A DNA stretch of 64,000 nt, taken from the IMG/VR virus record IMGVR_UViG_3300028558_000001, positions 96,001-160,000 of that record, one strand, 5' to 3'. Positions 39,260 to 49,194 of this stretch are shown piece by piece (position 1 is the stretch's first letter; every line of letters begins with the position of its first letter). This DNA comes from a virus. Under the pieces are notes generated by a model, which saw nothing but the letters and a program-made list of their open reading frames with translations, ran no database searches and was not told the DNA's origin. A program made the translations under genes and the position numbers.

Positions 39260-39477
39260 TTAATCTTCGTAACGTATATCTTTAGAAGTAAATGTTAGAT
39301 TAAAACTCTTATCTCCATTACCAACAAAAGATAACATTCTGTAACCTTGTAAGTGCATTTCAGCAATCATCTTGTTTGCCTCAAATTCACTCTTTACTTT
39401 TTTACTAATTATACCCAACTTACGGAGATAATCATATATCATTTGTTCATGTTTCATAATATATCTCCGTAATAAAT

Positions 39478-39555
39478 TGGTCGGGAAAGCAGGATTCGAA
39501 CCTGCGACCTCACCGTTCCAAACGGCACACGCTGACCTGACTGCGCTATTTCCCG
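39478..39555 (-). tRNA. tRNA-Pro(TGG)
   Basis: CGGGAAA acceptor, loop TTTGGAA, CCA. Confidence 0.9.
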
Positions 39556-39993
39556 TATTCTTTAATAGTACTTATAACTCTCAGAAGGATTTTCTGATTT
39601 CAGAATTCTACCTTCCTCAATCTTTTTTCTTGCATCATTAATACAACTTTCTGTAAAAGAAAAAAGATAATCACATGGTCTAGTCATTTCCTCAGAAGTT
39701 TTTGGCAATGCTTCTAAAAATAACTTTAGATTAGCAATAGCAACTTCAATATCTTCCTCGGCAGAATTAGAACCGATATTCATTGCGAAATAACCCATAT
39801 CATCCTCCAAATATAACATGAAGGTTTCCAATCTGTCTGAGCATACAGTCCACCTACAAACCTCTATCCTCTTTAAACTGCGCCCCGTCCTCTTACCCTT
39901 AGACAACCCTATTAGAAGCATTTATAAACCTTGCTGCTTCTAACATCATCGGACCTTGATAGATGTACTTACCAAGGCGTGGGGCTTATAAAC

Positions 39994-40069
39994 TGGTGCT
40001 GGTTGTCGGAATTGAACTGACGACCTACTGCTTACAAGGCAGTTGCTCTACCTACTGAGCTAAACCAGC
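39994..40069 (-). tRNA. tRNA-Thr(TGT)
   Basis: ACTGC-CTTGTAA-GCAGT, CCA. Confidence 0.92.
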
Positions 40070-40520
40070 TAAACCATTCATAAATTCATTTAACATACCA
40101 GAATGTTCAAATGGCATTCTAATAACCTTTCCATCTGGAAATATTCTAGAATGACTATTTTCTTTTTTAATATGAACACATGGACCATTTGACATATCAG
40201 GAAATGTACTCTCTACCTGATACCATCCATCATCAATATATTCAGCTAAAACTTTTAATTGAATAGCATTAAACATAAAATTACCTATTAATCTATTTAT
40301 GGTTCAAATTAGCACATATCTTACCATTGACAATTTAAATGCATCAATTCTTCTTAATTTATCTTGATCATAATCATAAACTACAATATCGCCACAATCT
40401 GCATATAAATCTACATCAACTACAAGTAAAGTATTTTTCGATCCATCAGCGGGAACATACTTCTGTTCCACCTTGATATTATATTTTTCATAATCATACA
40501 TAACAAAATACTTTCAAAAT

Positions 40521-40594
40521 TGGTTCTCCCCCAAGGATTCGAACCTCGATTGTCTGAGTCAAAGTCAGAAGTCCTACCATTGAACGAAGGGAGA
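40521..40594 (-). tRNA. tRNA-Gln(TTG)
   Basis: TCTGA-CTTTGAC-TCAGA, CCA. Confidence 0.9.
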
Positions 40595-40595
40595 A

Positions 40596-40678
40596 TGGTG
40601 CGAGTAGAGGGACTTGAACCCCCACGGTTGCCCGCCAGATTCTAAGTCTGGTGCGTCTGCCAATTTCGCCATACTCGC
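40596..40678 (-). tRNA. tRNA-Leu(TAG)
   Basis: CCAGA-CTTAGAA-TCTGG, variable arm, ACCA. Confidence 0.92.
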
Positions 40679-40687
40679 ATATTCTAT

Positions 40688-40945
40688 TTATTCTAAAATA
40701 ACTAGGACTTCCTTTTCACGACATACAGTATATGTAATATCGGCTTCCTTAAAAGTGTAATACGTTAGTGGAGATAGAAGAACCTTATCTGATACCTTAA
40801 CAATCTCTACAGTATTACCTACTTCTACAACAGTACCAGTAATCTTATTTGTCTTAACAGTACCAGTGTAAATACCAGAAGCCGTAGTATCCTTAACTTC
40901 ATCTACTACAACTAAGACAACATCATTTAAAGCTTTTAGTGACAA
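40688..40945 (-). CDS. GroES-like co-chaperonin
   Basis: LKALNDVVLV...TTASGIY...GTVVEVG...VKVSDKVL...EKEVLVIL. Confidence 0.85.
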   Translation of the reverse strand: MSLKALNDVVLVVVDEVKDTTASGIYTGTVKTNKITGTVVEVGNTVEIVKVSDKVLLSPLTYYTFKEADITYTVCREKEVLVILE

Positions 40946-41386
40946 TTTATTTTCCTTTTTATTAAAGTAATTTCCCGGCGATAAAAGCCAGAAACACGGC
41001 GACGGGAGTTAGAGCGACAAGAGTGAAAGCAGCCTTGTCCTTATTTAAAATGTCTCCACGTTGAAGGAATTCTTGGAATACTGCACCCTGCACCCCAATC
41101 CAGAATGTAATAAGTAATGATGCAATTAGAAAGATAACAGCTAAAAATACGATCAAAATTTAATAACTCCCTACAGAAAAGATATGAATAACAAAAGATG
41201 CAAAACCCATTACTGCACCCCACATAATTGTTATAAGACTAACTAACGTAATATCTTCATCCTGATCAAATTTACTAAATGAAGTAACTACCATAGAACC
41301 AAAGAACATAAGCATACCAATTAAAATAATTATAAGAGAAATCTTTAATACAATATAGTCCACGACATTTCCTTTTCATAACAAAA

Positions 41387-41461
41387 TGGCACTCCATATC
41401 GGACTCGAACCGATGTTTTTTCCCTGAGAAGGAAGTGTACTTGCCGCTATACGAATGGAGT
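41387..41461 (-). tRNA. tRNA-Glu(CTC)
   Basis: loop TTCTCAG, GCCA. Confidence 0.8.
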
Positions 41462-41466
41462 TAAAC

Positions 41467-41543
41467 TGGCACATCATGTTGGATTCGCACCAACGTCTGC
41501 TTCCTGAGAGGGAAACTGTACTTGACTGCTATACGAATGATGT
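41467..41543 (-). tRNA. atypical tRNA-Glu(CTC)-like paralog (8-nt anticodon loop)
   Basis: GTTTC-CCTCTCAG-GAAGC; T-loop TGCGAAT; GCCA. Confidence 0.65.
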
Positions 41544-41778
41544 AATTCTTTAATTCTTGTTTCTAAGATCAGCTTTAGACCAATCAAATGGATAAGGCTC
41601 ACTATATAACAGTGAAACAATCTGATATGTTTGTATTGAGGATAATGGTTTCAAATCTTTTAGAAACTTCTCATCCGCACCATTTTCCTTGGCCCAATTA
41701 ACGGCTATAGATTTCATTCCTTTTTCTACAATATCTAAAAGCCTTAAATCTACCATAACAATTCCTTTTAAACCAAAT

Positions 41779-41863
41779 TGGTGCGGGTAGAGGGACTTGA
41801 ACCCACACTCCTTGCGGAACTCGATTTTGAGTCGAGCGCGTCTACCAATTCCACCATACCCGC
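41779..41863 (-). tRNA. tRNA-Leu(CAA)
   Basis: CTCGA-CTCAAAA-TCGAG, variable arm, ACCA. Confidence 0.92.
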
Positions 41864-42097
41864 TTTTTACTGTGCCGTCAAGGCGAATTCTTAAATCGTT
41901 CTTCTAATTTGGATACATACCTAAGCAACACAAGAACGACTAGATTGATTGCAGTTAAGTATAGCACAATCGTTGTAAGCTGTCCACACGCATAAGTGAA
42001 TAAAATGAAGGACAGTGCAACTAAAACCCATGAAGTATATTTCATAACTAACCTCTGGATGAATGGGGAAGGTAATCACACCTTCCCCATTATTATA

Positions 42098-42550
42098 TTA
42101 GCGGAGGAAGGTAACTAGAGTGGCGTCGGTAAACGAACCGTTGGTATCGTTTAGCTGACCACGAATGACGTTGCCGAACTGAGGATGACCGACAACACCA
42201 TCCTTACAATAACCATCAAACTCATTGGTCTTAATGATGGTAATTGAGAAAGGCTTTAGAGCCGCTGGATTGCCTACAACTGACTTATAGACATTGGCAC
42301 CAACAATGGTCCACTTGTCACAAGTTAGAGTTAGTTCCTCACTAGTTGCGTTCATAACTGCAACATATGGAGTGCCAACAAGAGTGCCTAGCTGGAGATA
42401 ACGAGCTTCCATTGCCGCCCACTGAGCGGGCGGAAGACCAGTGACAGGATCATTTGGATTTGTAGTAAGATTTAGTTGCTGAGCGGTAGCGACCTCGGCA
42501 GAACCAAACATAGTTAGAAGAACAGCAGCAACCTTAAAAAACTTATTCAT
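42098..42550 (-). CDS. exported hypothetical protein
   Basis: signal peptide; AGGAG SD; hairpin terminator at about 42063-42090. Confidence 0.7.
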   Translation of the reverse strand: MNKFFKVAAVLLTMFGSAEVATAQQLNLTTNPNDPVTGLPPAQWAAMEARYLQLGTLVGTPYVAVMNATSEELTLTCDKWTIVGANVYKSVVGNPAALKPFSITIIKTNEFDGYCKDGVVGHPQFGNVIRGQLNDTNGSFTDATLVTFLR

Positions 42551-42588
42551 ATTATAACTCTCCTAGTTTTTGTTAAAAGATATTGGTT

Positions 42589-42662
42589 TGGAGTTGTGAG
42601 AGGGAATTGAACCCCCGTAGGTGGATTTGCAGTCCACCGCCTAACCGCTCGACCACCACAAC
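42589..42662 (-). tRNA. tRNA-Cys(GCA)
   Basis: GTGGA-CTGCAAA-TCCAC, U73, CCA. Confidence 0.9.
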
Positions 42663-42674
42663 TTCGATTTTTGT

Positions 42675-42703
42675 ATTATACTCACTCGTTACTTTCGTGT
42701 CAA
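42675..42703 (-). promoter_or_regulatory. consensus sigma70 promoter driving the tRNA cluster
   Basis: TTGACA-17 nt-TATAAT, 12 nt upstream of tRNA-Cys. Confidence 0.85.
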
Positions 42704-42721
42704 CCCACTATTTCAACTTTT

Positions 42722-43096
42722 TCACAGAACGGCCAAAGCAATTAGAAGGTAACACACTTGATGTAAGAATTGGTCTACTCCTAGAAGATACCAAAACTCA
42801 GAATTTTTGTCGGGGCTATACTTGTAATGCTTGTTTATGTTCATCTTTGAATAATCAATCAGATAATGAGCAACAAACTCAGCAAAAGCAATTAGAAACA
42901 CCAACGCGACATTGTGATTGAATATGATTAGAATTGCAATTGTTATTACTGCATGTTTAAGAGAATGGATAATCCCGCCGGGATGACCAAACGTTCCCTT
43001 ATTTCTCCACTCATATTCAGGTTGCCATAGAAAGTCAATAACCAAATGTTTCAATTGTAGTAGAAACAGAACTAGAAAACACTGAATAACCATCAT
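42722..43096 (-). CDS. DUF3307-like membrane protein
   Basis: KHLVIDFLWQ, HSLKH, HYLIDY.K, GVDQFLH. Confidence 0.75.
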   Translation of the reverse strand: MMVIQCFLVLFLLQLKHLVIDFLWQPEYEWRNKGTFGHPGGIIHSLKHAVITIAILIIFNHNVALVFLIAFAEFVAHYLIDYSKMNINKHYKYSPDKNSEFWYLLGVDQFLHQVCYLLIALAVL

Positions 43097-43164
43097 AACT
43101 TCCATTATGTGGACGACCCTTCCGGTATATTCTAATACCGGAAGAATCATATGTTGTAGGTGAA

Positions 43165-43689
43165 TCACTTACCGAATGGAACCGGAATAAGTGTGATGGG
43201 GAAGGGAGAGACAATTACCTTTGGTTCTAGATAAACTGCCTTATCTTTCTTATCAGAAGGATCGAGACACATTACCCAAGTACCATCAGATGATGCGGGC
43301 GAGAAAAGTCCATTTGGATCGGCTTGTGGAATTGCTAGATAAGCATAATTTCCCCCACGAGCAAAATCAGAAACCTTCTGAGGATTGGTATATTGAGTCG
43401 AAGCAGGGAAACCATAACCAATCGAATCACAGACCTTGAAAAGCTGACCAGTCTGTTCTGCTACAATATAAGTAGTAGTAGAAATACCTTGGTCACGAAG
43501 TTCAATGATTGCCTTGAGAGTACGCTTCTCAAAGAAGTTAGTAATGGCAGGAAGACCGACTTGCTGTACAGCTTCGCGGGACATTTGTTCCTGCTGCCGA
43601 TTCATAATCTGGTCGGAAGTAGCAGGTCTAGTATCATCACAACCAGCAAGAAGTGTAAGGACAGGAAGTGCAAATAAAATCTTTTTCAT
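43165..43689 (-). CDS. lipoprotein
   Basis: lipobox LAGC; CDSIGYG.P..TQYTNP, PQADPNGLF. Confidence 0.75.
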   Translation of the reverse strand: MKKILFALPVLTLLAGCDDTRPATSDQIMNRQQEQMSREAVQQVGLPAITNFFEKRTLKAIIELRDQGISTTTYIVAEQTGQLFKVCDSIGYGFPASTQYTNPQKVSDFARGGNYAYLAIPQADPNGLFSPASSDGTWVMCLDPSDKKDKAVYLEPKVIVSPFPITLIPVPFGK

Positions 43690-43690
43690 A

Positions 43691-44014
43691 TCAATTCCCT
43701 GAAATGAGTTGTTCACGGAAGGAAAGAATATCAGCGGTCAGAGCGGACTCAGGTAGACCATTGATCTGGTGAAGGGCAAAGGAGCGAATAGCGGCCTTCT
43801 TCTCAGGAGTAGCGCCAATATATTCCATGCGAAGTTCACCAATCTGGCGGCGCTGACCTTCAACATAACTCTGACTCTGTTCAGTAGTCTCACGGCGAAG
43901 CTGCTCATACTTTGGAGCAAAATAACGCTGCATGATAAGATCATAGTCAGTGATAACCCAACCAATACCAAACACCAGCGCAATTGCTGAAACAGAACCT
44001 AGTACAACTTTCAT
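43691..44014 (-). CDS. membrane-anchored hypothetical protein
   Basis: N-terminal TM; RRETTEQSQSYVEG. Confidence 0.65.
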   Translation of the reverse strand: MKVVLGSVSAIALVFGIGWVITDYDLIMQRYFAPKYEQLRRETTEQSQSYVEGQRRQIGELRMEYIGATPEKKAAIRSFALHQINGLPESALTADILSFREQLISGN

Positions 44015-44109
44015 AAAATATTCTCCACTTTGTTTGAAACCTAATTTATGGGGCGGTGAATGTTTCCGCCGCGCCAATGTTTGTCTTATAGCCTTCCTGA
44101 TTTTTCCCG

Positions 44110-44952
44110 TCAATAACTTTTTACGGGATCAGGACAAAAATTTTCAAGACCGGGAAATGGATTTGGCTTTAAAGGTGCGACTGGCTTTAAAGTGATTCCC
44201 CTCTGCCTGAGTCCTGTAGCATCGTCGTAATAGAATGTAAAGGACTCAGAATGAGCATCCACGAATTCATTATCTACTGTTTTAGTTTTGAATGCAACAT
44301 CAGAACCAAATTCAGTACCAAGAGAAGCAGTAGCAACTGGAATAGATGCGGTTGCACTATTCATAGTCGCAGTTGCCATAGCAGAGGAATTACATCCTGT
44401 TAGATTACTGGCAATATTAGCAATTCCCTTAGTTCTAGGCATTGAAGAATCATAAGCTGTTGCGGAAGTTGTAAATGTAGCTAACTGTCCAGAAGGAATT
44501 CCACCAGTTAATTCCCAATTAGGATCGTTACCTAGAATACCATATGGATACCGTGGAACATAATTATTGATCTTAACTACTTCATCAAATACAAGACAGC
44601 CGATAACCCCAATGTTCTGAATTTCTCCAGATACATTTTGCTGATTATATGATTCTTTAATTGATGAGAAAGTAAATGCGGCGGCTGTACCTTGATCACG
44701 CTTAAAACCGGGAATAGCCATCTGTGAATATGGTTTAATAACATATCCCCGCTTCCAGTCACGATTTCCTGTGATGACGTTTAAACCATCTACAGATACA
44801 ACAATTTTCTTGGTGAGATAAGAATTGTTCTTGAAAACAATTTCATATTGTGAGCCTTTGCGGCCTTCAATAAACGTGTCGCCCTCATGGGAATATTCTG
44901 TAATTTTGCGACCGTTAATAGTTACGAAAAATTCGTATTGTGATTTTAACAT
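44110..44952 (-). CDS. conserved hypothetical protein (SVDGLNV...IPGF...GVIG family)
   Basis: 280 aa, AGGAG SD. Confidence 0.7.
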   Translation of the reverse strand: MLKSQYEFFVTINGRKITEYSHEGDTFIEGRKGSQYEIVFKNNSYLTKKIVVSVDGLNVITGNRDWKRGYVIKPYSQMAIPGFKRDQGTAAAFTFSSIKESYNQQNVSGEIQNIGVIGCLVFDEVVKINNYVPRYPYGILGNDPNWELTGGIPSGQLATFTTSATAYDSSMPRTKGIANIASNLTGCNSSAMATATMNSATASIPVATASLGTEFGSDVAFKTKTVDNEFVDAHSESFTFYYDDATGLRQRGITLKPVAPLKPNPFPGLENFCPDPVKSY

Positions 44953-45646
44953 TTTTGTTTCTCCTACTTGAGACTACGTTTTAATACTTGAGCCTACTTG
45001 CTCAACTTTTGTAACCACATGTTACAAAACTATTTATGTAGCTGTATTAGCTACCTTATTCTTTTCCTCATATTCTTTTCTGAGTTTAAATACTTCTGCG
45101 GATGGTGGAACCAATGGAGGCATACCGGGACCATCCCAAATAAAATTAGGCATAACTCTACGAACTAACTCTATTCTTGTATTAGATGATTCCGTCATTC
45201 TCGACTACTCCTAAATCAGCTAACTTATCATCATAATTATTTGAAATAGTATAATGATTAATGTTTGCAGGAATAGCACGATGCTCGGCTAGAATATCTC
45301 TAATAAGATAAATCTGATCACAGACATAACGAATGGTGTTTCTTACAACCTCATCATTATTACCTTCATATAGATCATATAGAGCACCTTCTAGATTTGA
45401 ATCTACTGAATAATCAACATAATACTTATCTCCATTCTCATCATCCCTGATCTGTTCAGGAGGAAACAAGATAGAAGAAATCTTCTCTAACTTTAGCTGA
45501 TCTTTTGTTTTTGGATTCTTCTTAAAGAAATTGAACATTCTCACTCCATAATTATTGTTTCATCTTACGACCTTATTAAAGTGCTAACCTCCGAAACCAT
45601 AAATAGACTTATTTTCATAGCTATTTATGGTTTCGGAGTGCTTATG

Positions 45647-45720
45647 TTGCGGGGGCGGGATTTGAACCCGCGACCGTCTGCTTATGAGGCAGCTTAGCTA
45701 CCGGGCTGCTACACCCCGCA
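45647..45720 (-). tRNA. tRNA-Met(CAT), initiator-like, CCA not encoded
   Basis: TGCGGGG acceptor, GCAGCCCGGTAGCT D arm, loop CTCATAA. Confidence 0.85.
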
Positions 45721-45734
45721 AAACCTTTATAAAC

Positions 45735-45809
45735 TGGCTGGAGAGGAAGGATTCGAACCTCCGACCAAGAAGTTAACAGCTTCCTGCTCTACCACTGAGC
45801 TACACTCCA
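45735..45809 (-). tRNA. tRNA-Asn(GTT)
   Basis: GGAAG-CTGTTAA-CTTCT, GCCA. Confidence 0.92.
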
Positions 45810-45818
45810 TTAAGCTCT

Positions 45819-46238
45819 TTACTTCTTATTAAACCACTTATTCCCAACAGTATATTTGGAAACAAGATTGTATTCATTCTTTTCCTCATGAGAGAGAACT
45901 TTTATTTTAGACATAGGAACCCTATCAGGGAATTTGTCTGGATTTACAATTTCTACCAGATTCCACTCTTCGAGTAAAGAGGCAATCGTGTTAATTCTAG
46001 CGCGATCTTCCTCAGTAAAATTAGCTTCCTTCCCGTCAAGTATAAAAAATTCTAGGAAAGATAGTATATAGTATTTTCCCTGCTTGTGCAAGATGTGTGC
46101 TGACTGATATAGCGTTTTATTTTTACGGGACGCGATACCAATTCTTGTAAGTGTTTCCTTGATAATTAGAAAATCAGATGGATCATTTAGCTTTACTTCA
46201 AGAAATGAGCTAATTAACTCCTGTTGATTATTTATCAT
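45819..46238 (-). CDS. regA: translational repressor RegA
   Basis: FLEVKL..P.DFL..KETLTRIGIAS...LYQSAHILHKQGKYYI. Confidence 0.93.
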   Translation of the reverse strand: MINNQQELISSFLEVKLNDPSDFLIIKETLTRIGIASRKNKTLYQSAHILHKQGKYYILSFLEFFILDGKEANFTEEDRARINTIASLLEEWNLVEIVNPDKFPDRVPMSKIKVLSHEEKNEYNLVSKYTVGNKWFNKK

Positions 46239-46275
46239 TATTTGTTCACCTTTCTTAATTATTTCTATAATATAT

Positions 46276-46626
46276 TTATCCGCCCAAATTAGTGATCTTT
46301 TTAATCTCTTCAATATCAGTTTCGGATAAGACTTTCAAAGCTTCTAGGGCTTTGTTTTCAGACAACTCATAATATCTCATTATAAGTTCAAGATTATCAT
46401 ACTTCTCTTTCTTATGCCATTTAGTGAAACGCTTACGAGGGCGGATGGAATTAAAAAGGTAATTATAGTGACTTTGATTATCAACTCTATATTGATTTAA
46501 TTCTGCCGCATAAAGTAAAGTATCAGGAAAGTATGATAAATGTCGGGTGACTACGAACTGAGAGTAATCTGAGGAAACTTCAATTTCCTCATGTTTGTTG
46601 ATGCTTTCTATATATTGAAAGGTCAT
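46276..46626 (-). CDS. 62: clamp loader small subunit gp62
   Basis: LSYFPDTLLYAAELN, NSIRPRKRF.KW.K. Confidence 0.9.
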   Translation of the reverse strand: MTFQYIESINKHEEIEVSSDYSQFVVTRHLSYFPDTLLYAAELNQYRVDNQSHYNYLFNSIRPRKRFTKWHKKEKYDNLELIMRYYELSENKALEALKVLSETDIEEIKKITNLGG

Positions 46627-46660
46627 GTCAAAACCACCAATCTTCTTTTCTGAGATTCAC

Positions 46661-47596
46661 TCATTTTTTGAATTCACTGTCTACCATAATCTCAATGAGA
46701 CACGCCACTAGATTAATCTCTTGATCGACCACGAAAGCAGCCTGATATTCATACTTAGCTAATGTAAGAATAACAAGAGGAACGGCAGAAGGAGTGAATA
46801 CGTCAGTTGCCGTATCGAAAATCTTTCTGAAAATTACTGATACGTCTGAATCAATATTTTCAGATACCCACTTCCTGACATTTGAGAAGGACTTATCAGA
46901 CATGAAGCCATAAAGTTCATTAATTGAAATATCTTTGATAGCTGCTAAGATACCAGAGTCGATTGGACCTCTTTTAGAATATGCATGAAGTTCATTTACT
47001 GCCCTACGGAAATCAGGAAAAAACTTCGCTATTAATTTGGCCACAACCGCTTTATCATAAGTAACATTCTCAGTATCTAGAATGTGGATTGCTCTCTTAT
47101 AGTATTGGGTTAGAATACTCTTTGCTTCATCCTTATTGATCTTGAATTCAATAGTAGCACAACGAGAATGAATTGGGGCAATGATCTTCTTGGAATTATT
47201 TGAAGTTAAGATAAAGGTACAGTTGTCAGAATACTCTTCCATGAAGGCTTTAAGACCGTCCTGCATTTGTGGAGTCATTCTTTCAGCTTCGTCAATAATA
47301 ACAGCTTTTCTTGCTCCTGTAAAGGATAAAGATGAGACGAACTGTTGTACATCGTAACGAAGTTTATCGACGCCGTTATCAAGTGAACCATTAATAAAGT
47401 AAATGTCATACTCTAGTTCATTTAATAGTGCGTAGGCTACAGAAGTCTTCCCAATCCCTGCGGAACCATTAAAGATGAGACTAGGAAGACTACCTGAATT
47501 AACCATACCTTCTAAAGTAGCCTTTAGATCAGATGTAAGAATACAGTCAGCAATAGTATGTGGACGGTACTTTTCTGTCCATAAAAACTTTTTCAT
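46661..47596 (-). CDS. 44: clamp loader large subunit gp44
   Basis: WTEKYRP, GSAGIGKT, IIDEAE, IHSRC, FPDFRR. Confidence 0.95.
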   Translation of the reverse strand: MKKFLWTEKYRPHTIADCILTSDLKATLEGMVNSGSLPSLIFNGSAGIGKTSVAYALLNELEYDIYFINGSLDNGVDKLRYDVQQFVSSLSFTGARKAVIIDEAERMTPQMQDGLKAFMEEYSDNCTFILTSNNSKKIIAPIHSRCATIEFKINKDEAKSILTQYYKRAIHILDTENVTYDKAVVAKLIAKFFPDFRRAVNELHAYSKRGPIDSGILAAIKDISINELYGFMSDKSFSNVRKWVSENIDSDVSVIFRKIFDTATDVFTPSAVPLVILTLAKYEYQAAFVVDQEINLVACLIEIMVDSEFKK

Positions 47597-47614
47597 AATA
47601 TATTACCCTTTCAA

Positions 47615-48295
47615 TTATAGAATAGAATTTGTTTCCGCAATATTATAGTAAATGATACTGTCACTAACAAACTTCACTAAAATAGCTCCCTTGCTTGTCT
47701 TATACAGACAAACATTATAGGTATCTGTCAATAGCTTAAGATTTTCTACTGTTAGAATGATTCTAAACTTCTTATCAGTCTCATCGACAATTACCGAATA
47801 AGTATTATCGGAAGGGTTTTCTGAATTAATACCCTGAATTGAGACGTTCTTTCCATCACCAATGATAGCAATTTCTGGTGAGCGAAGGATTGAAGTTCCC
47901 TTAAGGATACCAACTAACTGCTTGTCAGTCAAGTTAAAACTTACAAGTGGCTCGCCAAAATCATTCTTTTCGGACGCAGGAGGAACGCGAATATTTGACG
48001 GATCACAGAAAGTATAGTTTACGGAACGAGTACCTTCCGTGATTGTACAATAGTTATCTAGGATAGCGATTTCTGGTGTATCAAAGATTGATAGAATTGA
48101 TAGAAACTTTGCTAGATCATAAATCGCAAAAGCTGAATCAAATTCTTCCTTAACAGTAGCATATGCCATAACTGTCTTTGATGGGGAAATCGTCGCTACG
48201 GTAGAACCTTCACGAAAATAGATTGAAGGATTGATATGTGCAAAATTCTTAAGAACTGAAATAGTCTTAGGATCAAATGTTAAAGTCTGAGTCAT
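47615..48295 (-). CDS. 45: sliding clamp gp45
   Basis: TISVLKNFAHINPS, FAIYDL..FL; synteny. Confidence 0.92.
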   Translation of the reverse strand: MTQTLTFDPKTISVLKNFAHINPSIYFREGSTVATISPSKTVMAYATVKEEFDSAFAIYDLAKFLSILSIFDTPEIAILDNYCTITEGTRSVNYTFCDPSNIRVPPASEKNDFGEPLVSFNLTDKQLVGILKGTSILRSPEIAIIGDGKNVSIQGINSENPSDNTYSVIVDETDKKFRIILTVENLKLLTDTYNVCLYKTSKGAILVKFVSDSIIYYNIAETNSIL

Positions 48296-48339
48296 TAATT
48301 ACCTTTCATAGTTTATAAAAGAAGGGGAGATTCCCCTTC

Positions 48340-49194
48340 TTACTTTTTCTTCTTGTTCTTTGCGAGCATGGATGGATCGACTGTTGCTGAGACTCCTAGA
48401 GAAGCAATATCAGATAGTGTTCCACCAAAGGTCATTGAACCTGTATGGTTTAGACCGATCCAAGGACAGAACCAAGTCTTCAAACCAATTTCCCAACACT
48501 TCTGATTAAACCAATAATCTTCTGATAGGTAACGCTTGGTTTTAGGATCAATTTCAGCTTGGAAAAACTGAGTGATTTCGCGGGAACCATCAAAATGTTC
48601 TGTGCGAGCATGATCAGGAAGATACTTGTATTGAGGGAATGCGTCAGCAAACTTATCAAGAGTACTCTTACGAATCATCATGAAACCAGTACCAGCTTCT
48701 AGAACTTCGAATGGTTCTCCTAGGGAGAATGATCCACCACCATTCTTGGGATTGAAGACATAATCACCAACGAACTTACTTAGTTCTTCTGGATTCTCGT
48801 CAGCTAGTCCCTTATCTACTGCTACCTTAATCTTTTCCCAAGAAATACACTTCTTAGGATATGGCGCAGCTAGAATATCATATTCAGACTCATCGGTCTG
48901 CAACGCAAGCATTGCAATTACGTCATTGGCATTAAAGCCAATATCTGAGTCGATGAATAGAGCATGAGTATAACCGGAACGAAGGAATTCGTCAATAGCA
49001 TAATTCCTTGCGCGAGTGATTAATGACTCATTATATAGGAAGTATGGACGCATTTCAATCCCATACTGAGTACAGAGGATTGAGAGGTTCATCATTCCGG
49101 CAGTATAATTGCCGTGACAGACACCCCCATACATAGGGGTCAATACCATTAACTTACGCTTTTGTAACTCTTCTGCGGTAGTTTTAATTTCCAA
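48340..49194 (-). CDS. GT-A-like glycosyltransferase family protein
   Basis: TPMYGG, NESLITRARN, FIDSD (DxD), GTGFMMI, YLSEDY; likely TTG start at 49194. Confidence 0.7.
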   Translation of the reverse strand: MEIKTTAEELQKRKLMVLTPMYGGVCHGNYTAGMMNLSILCTQYGIEMRPYFLYNESLITRARNYAIDEFLRSGYTHALFIDSDIGFNANDVIAMLALQTDESEYDILAAPYPKKCISWEKIKVAVDKGLADENPEELSKFVGDYVFNPKNGGGSFSLGEPFEVLEAGTGFMMIRKSTLDKFADAFPQYKYLPDHARTEHFDGSREITQFFQAEIDPKTKRYLSEDYWFNQKCWEIGLKTWFCPWIGLNHTGSMTFGGTLSDIASLGVSATVDPSMLAKNKKKK

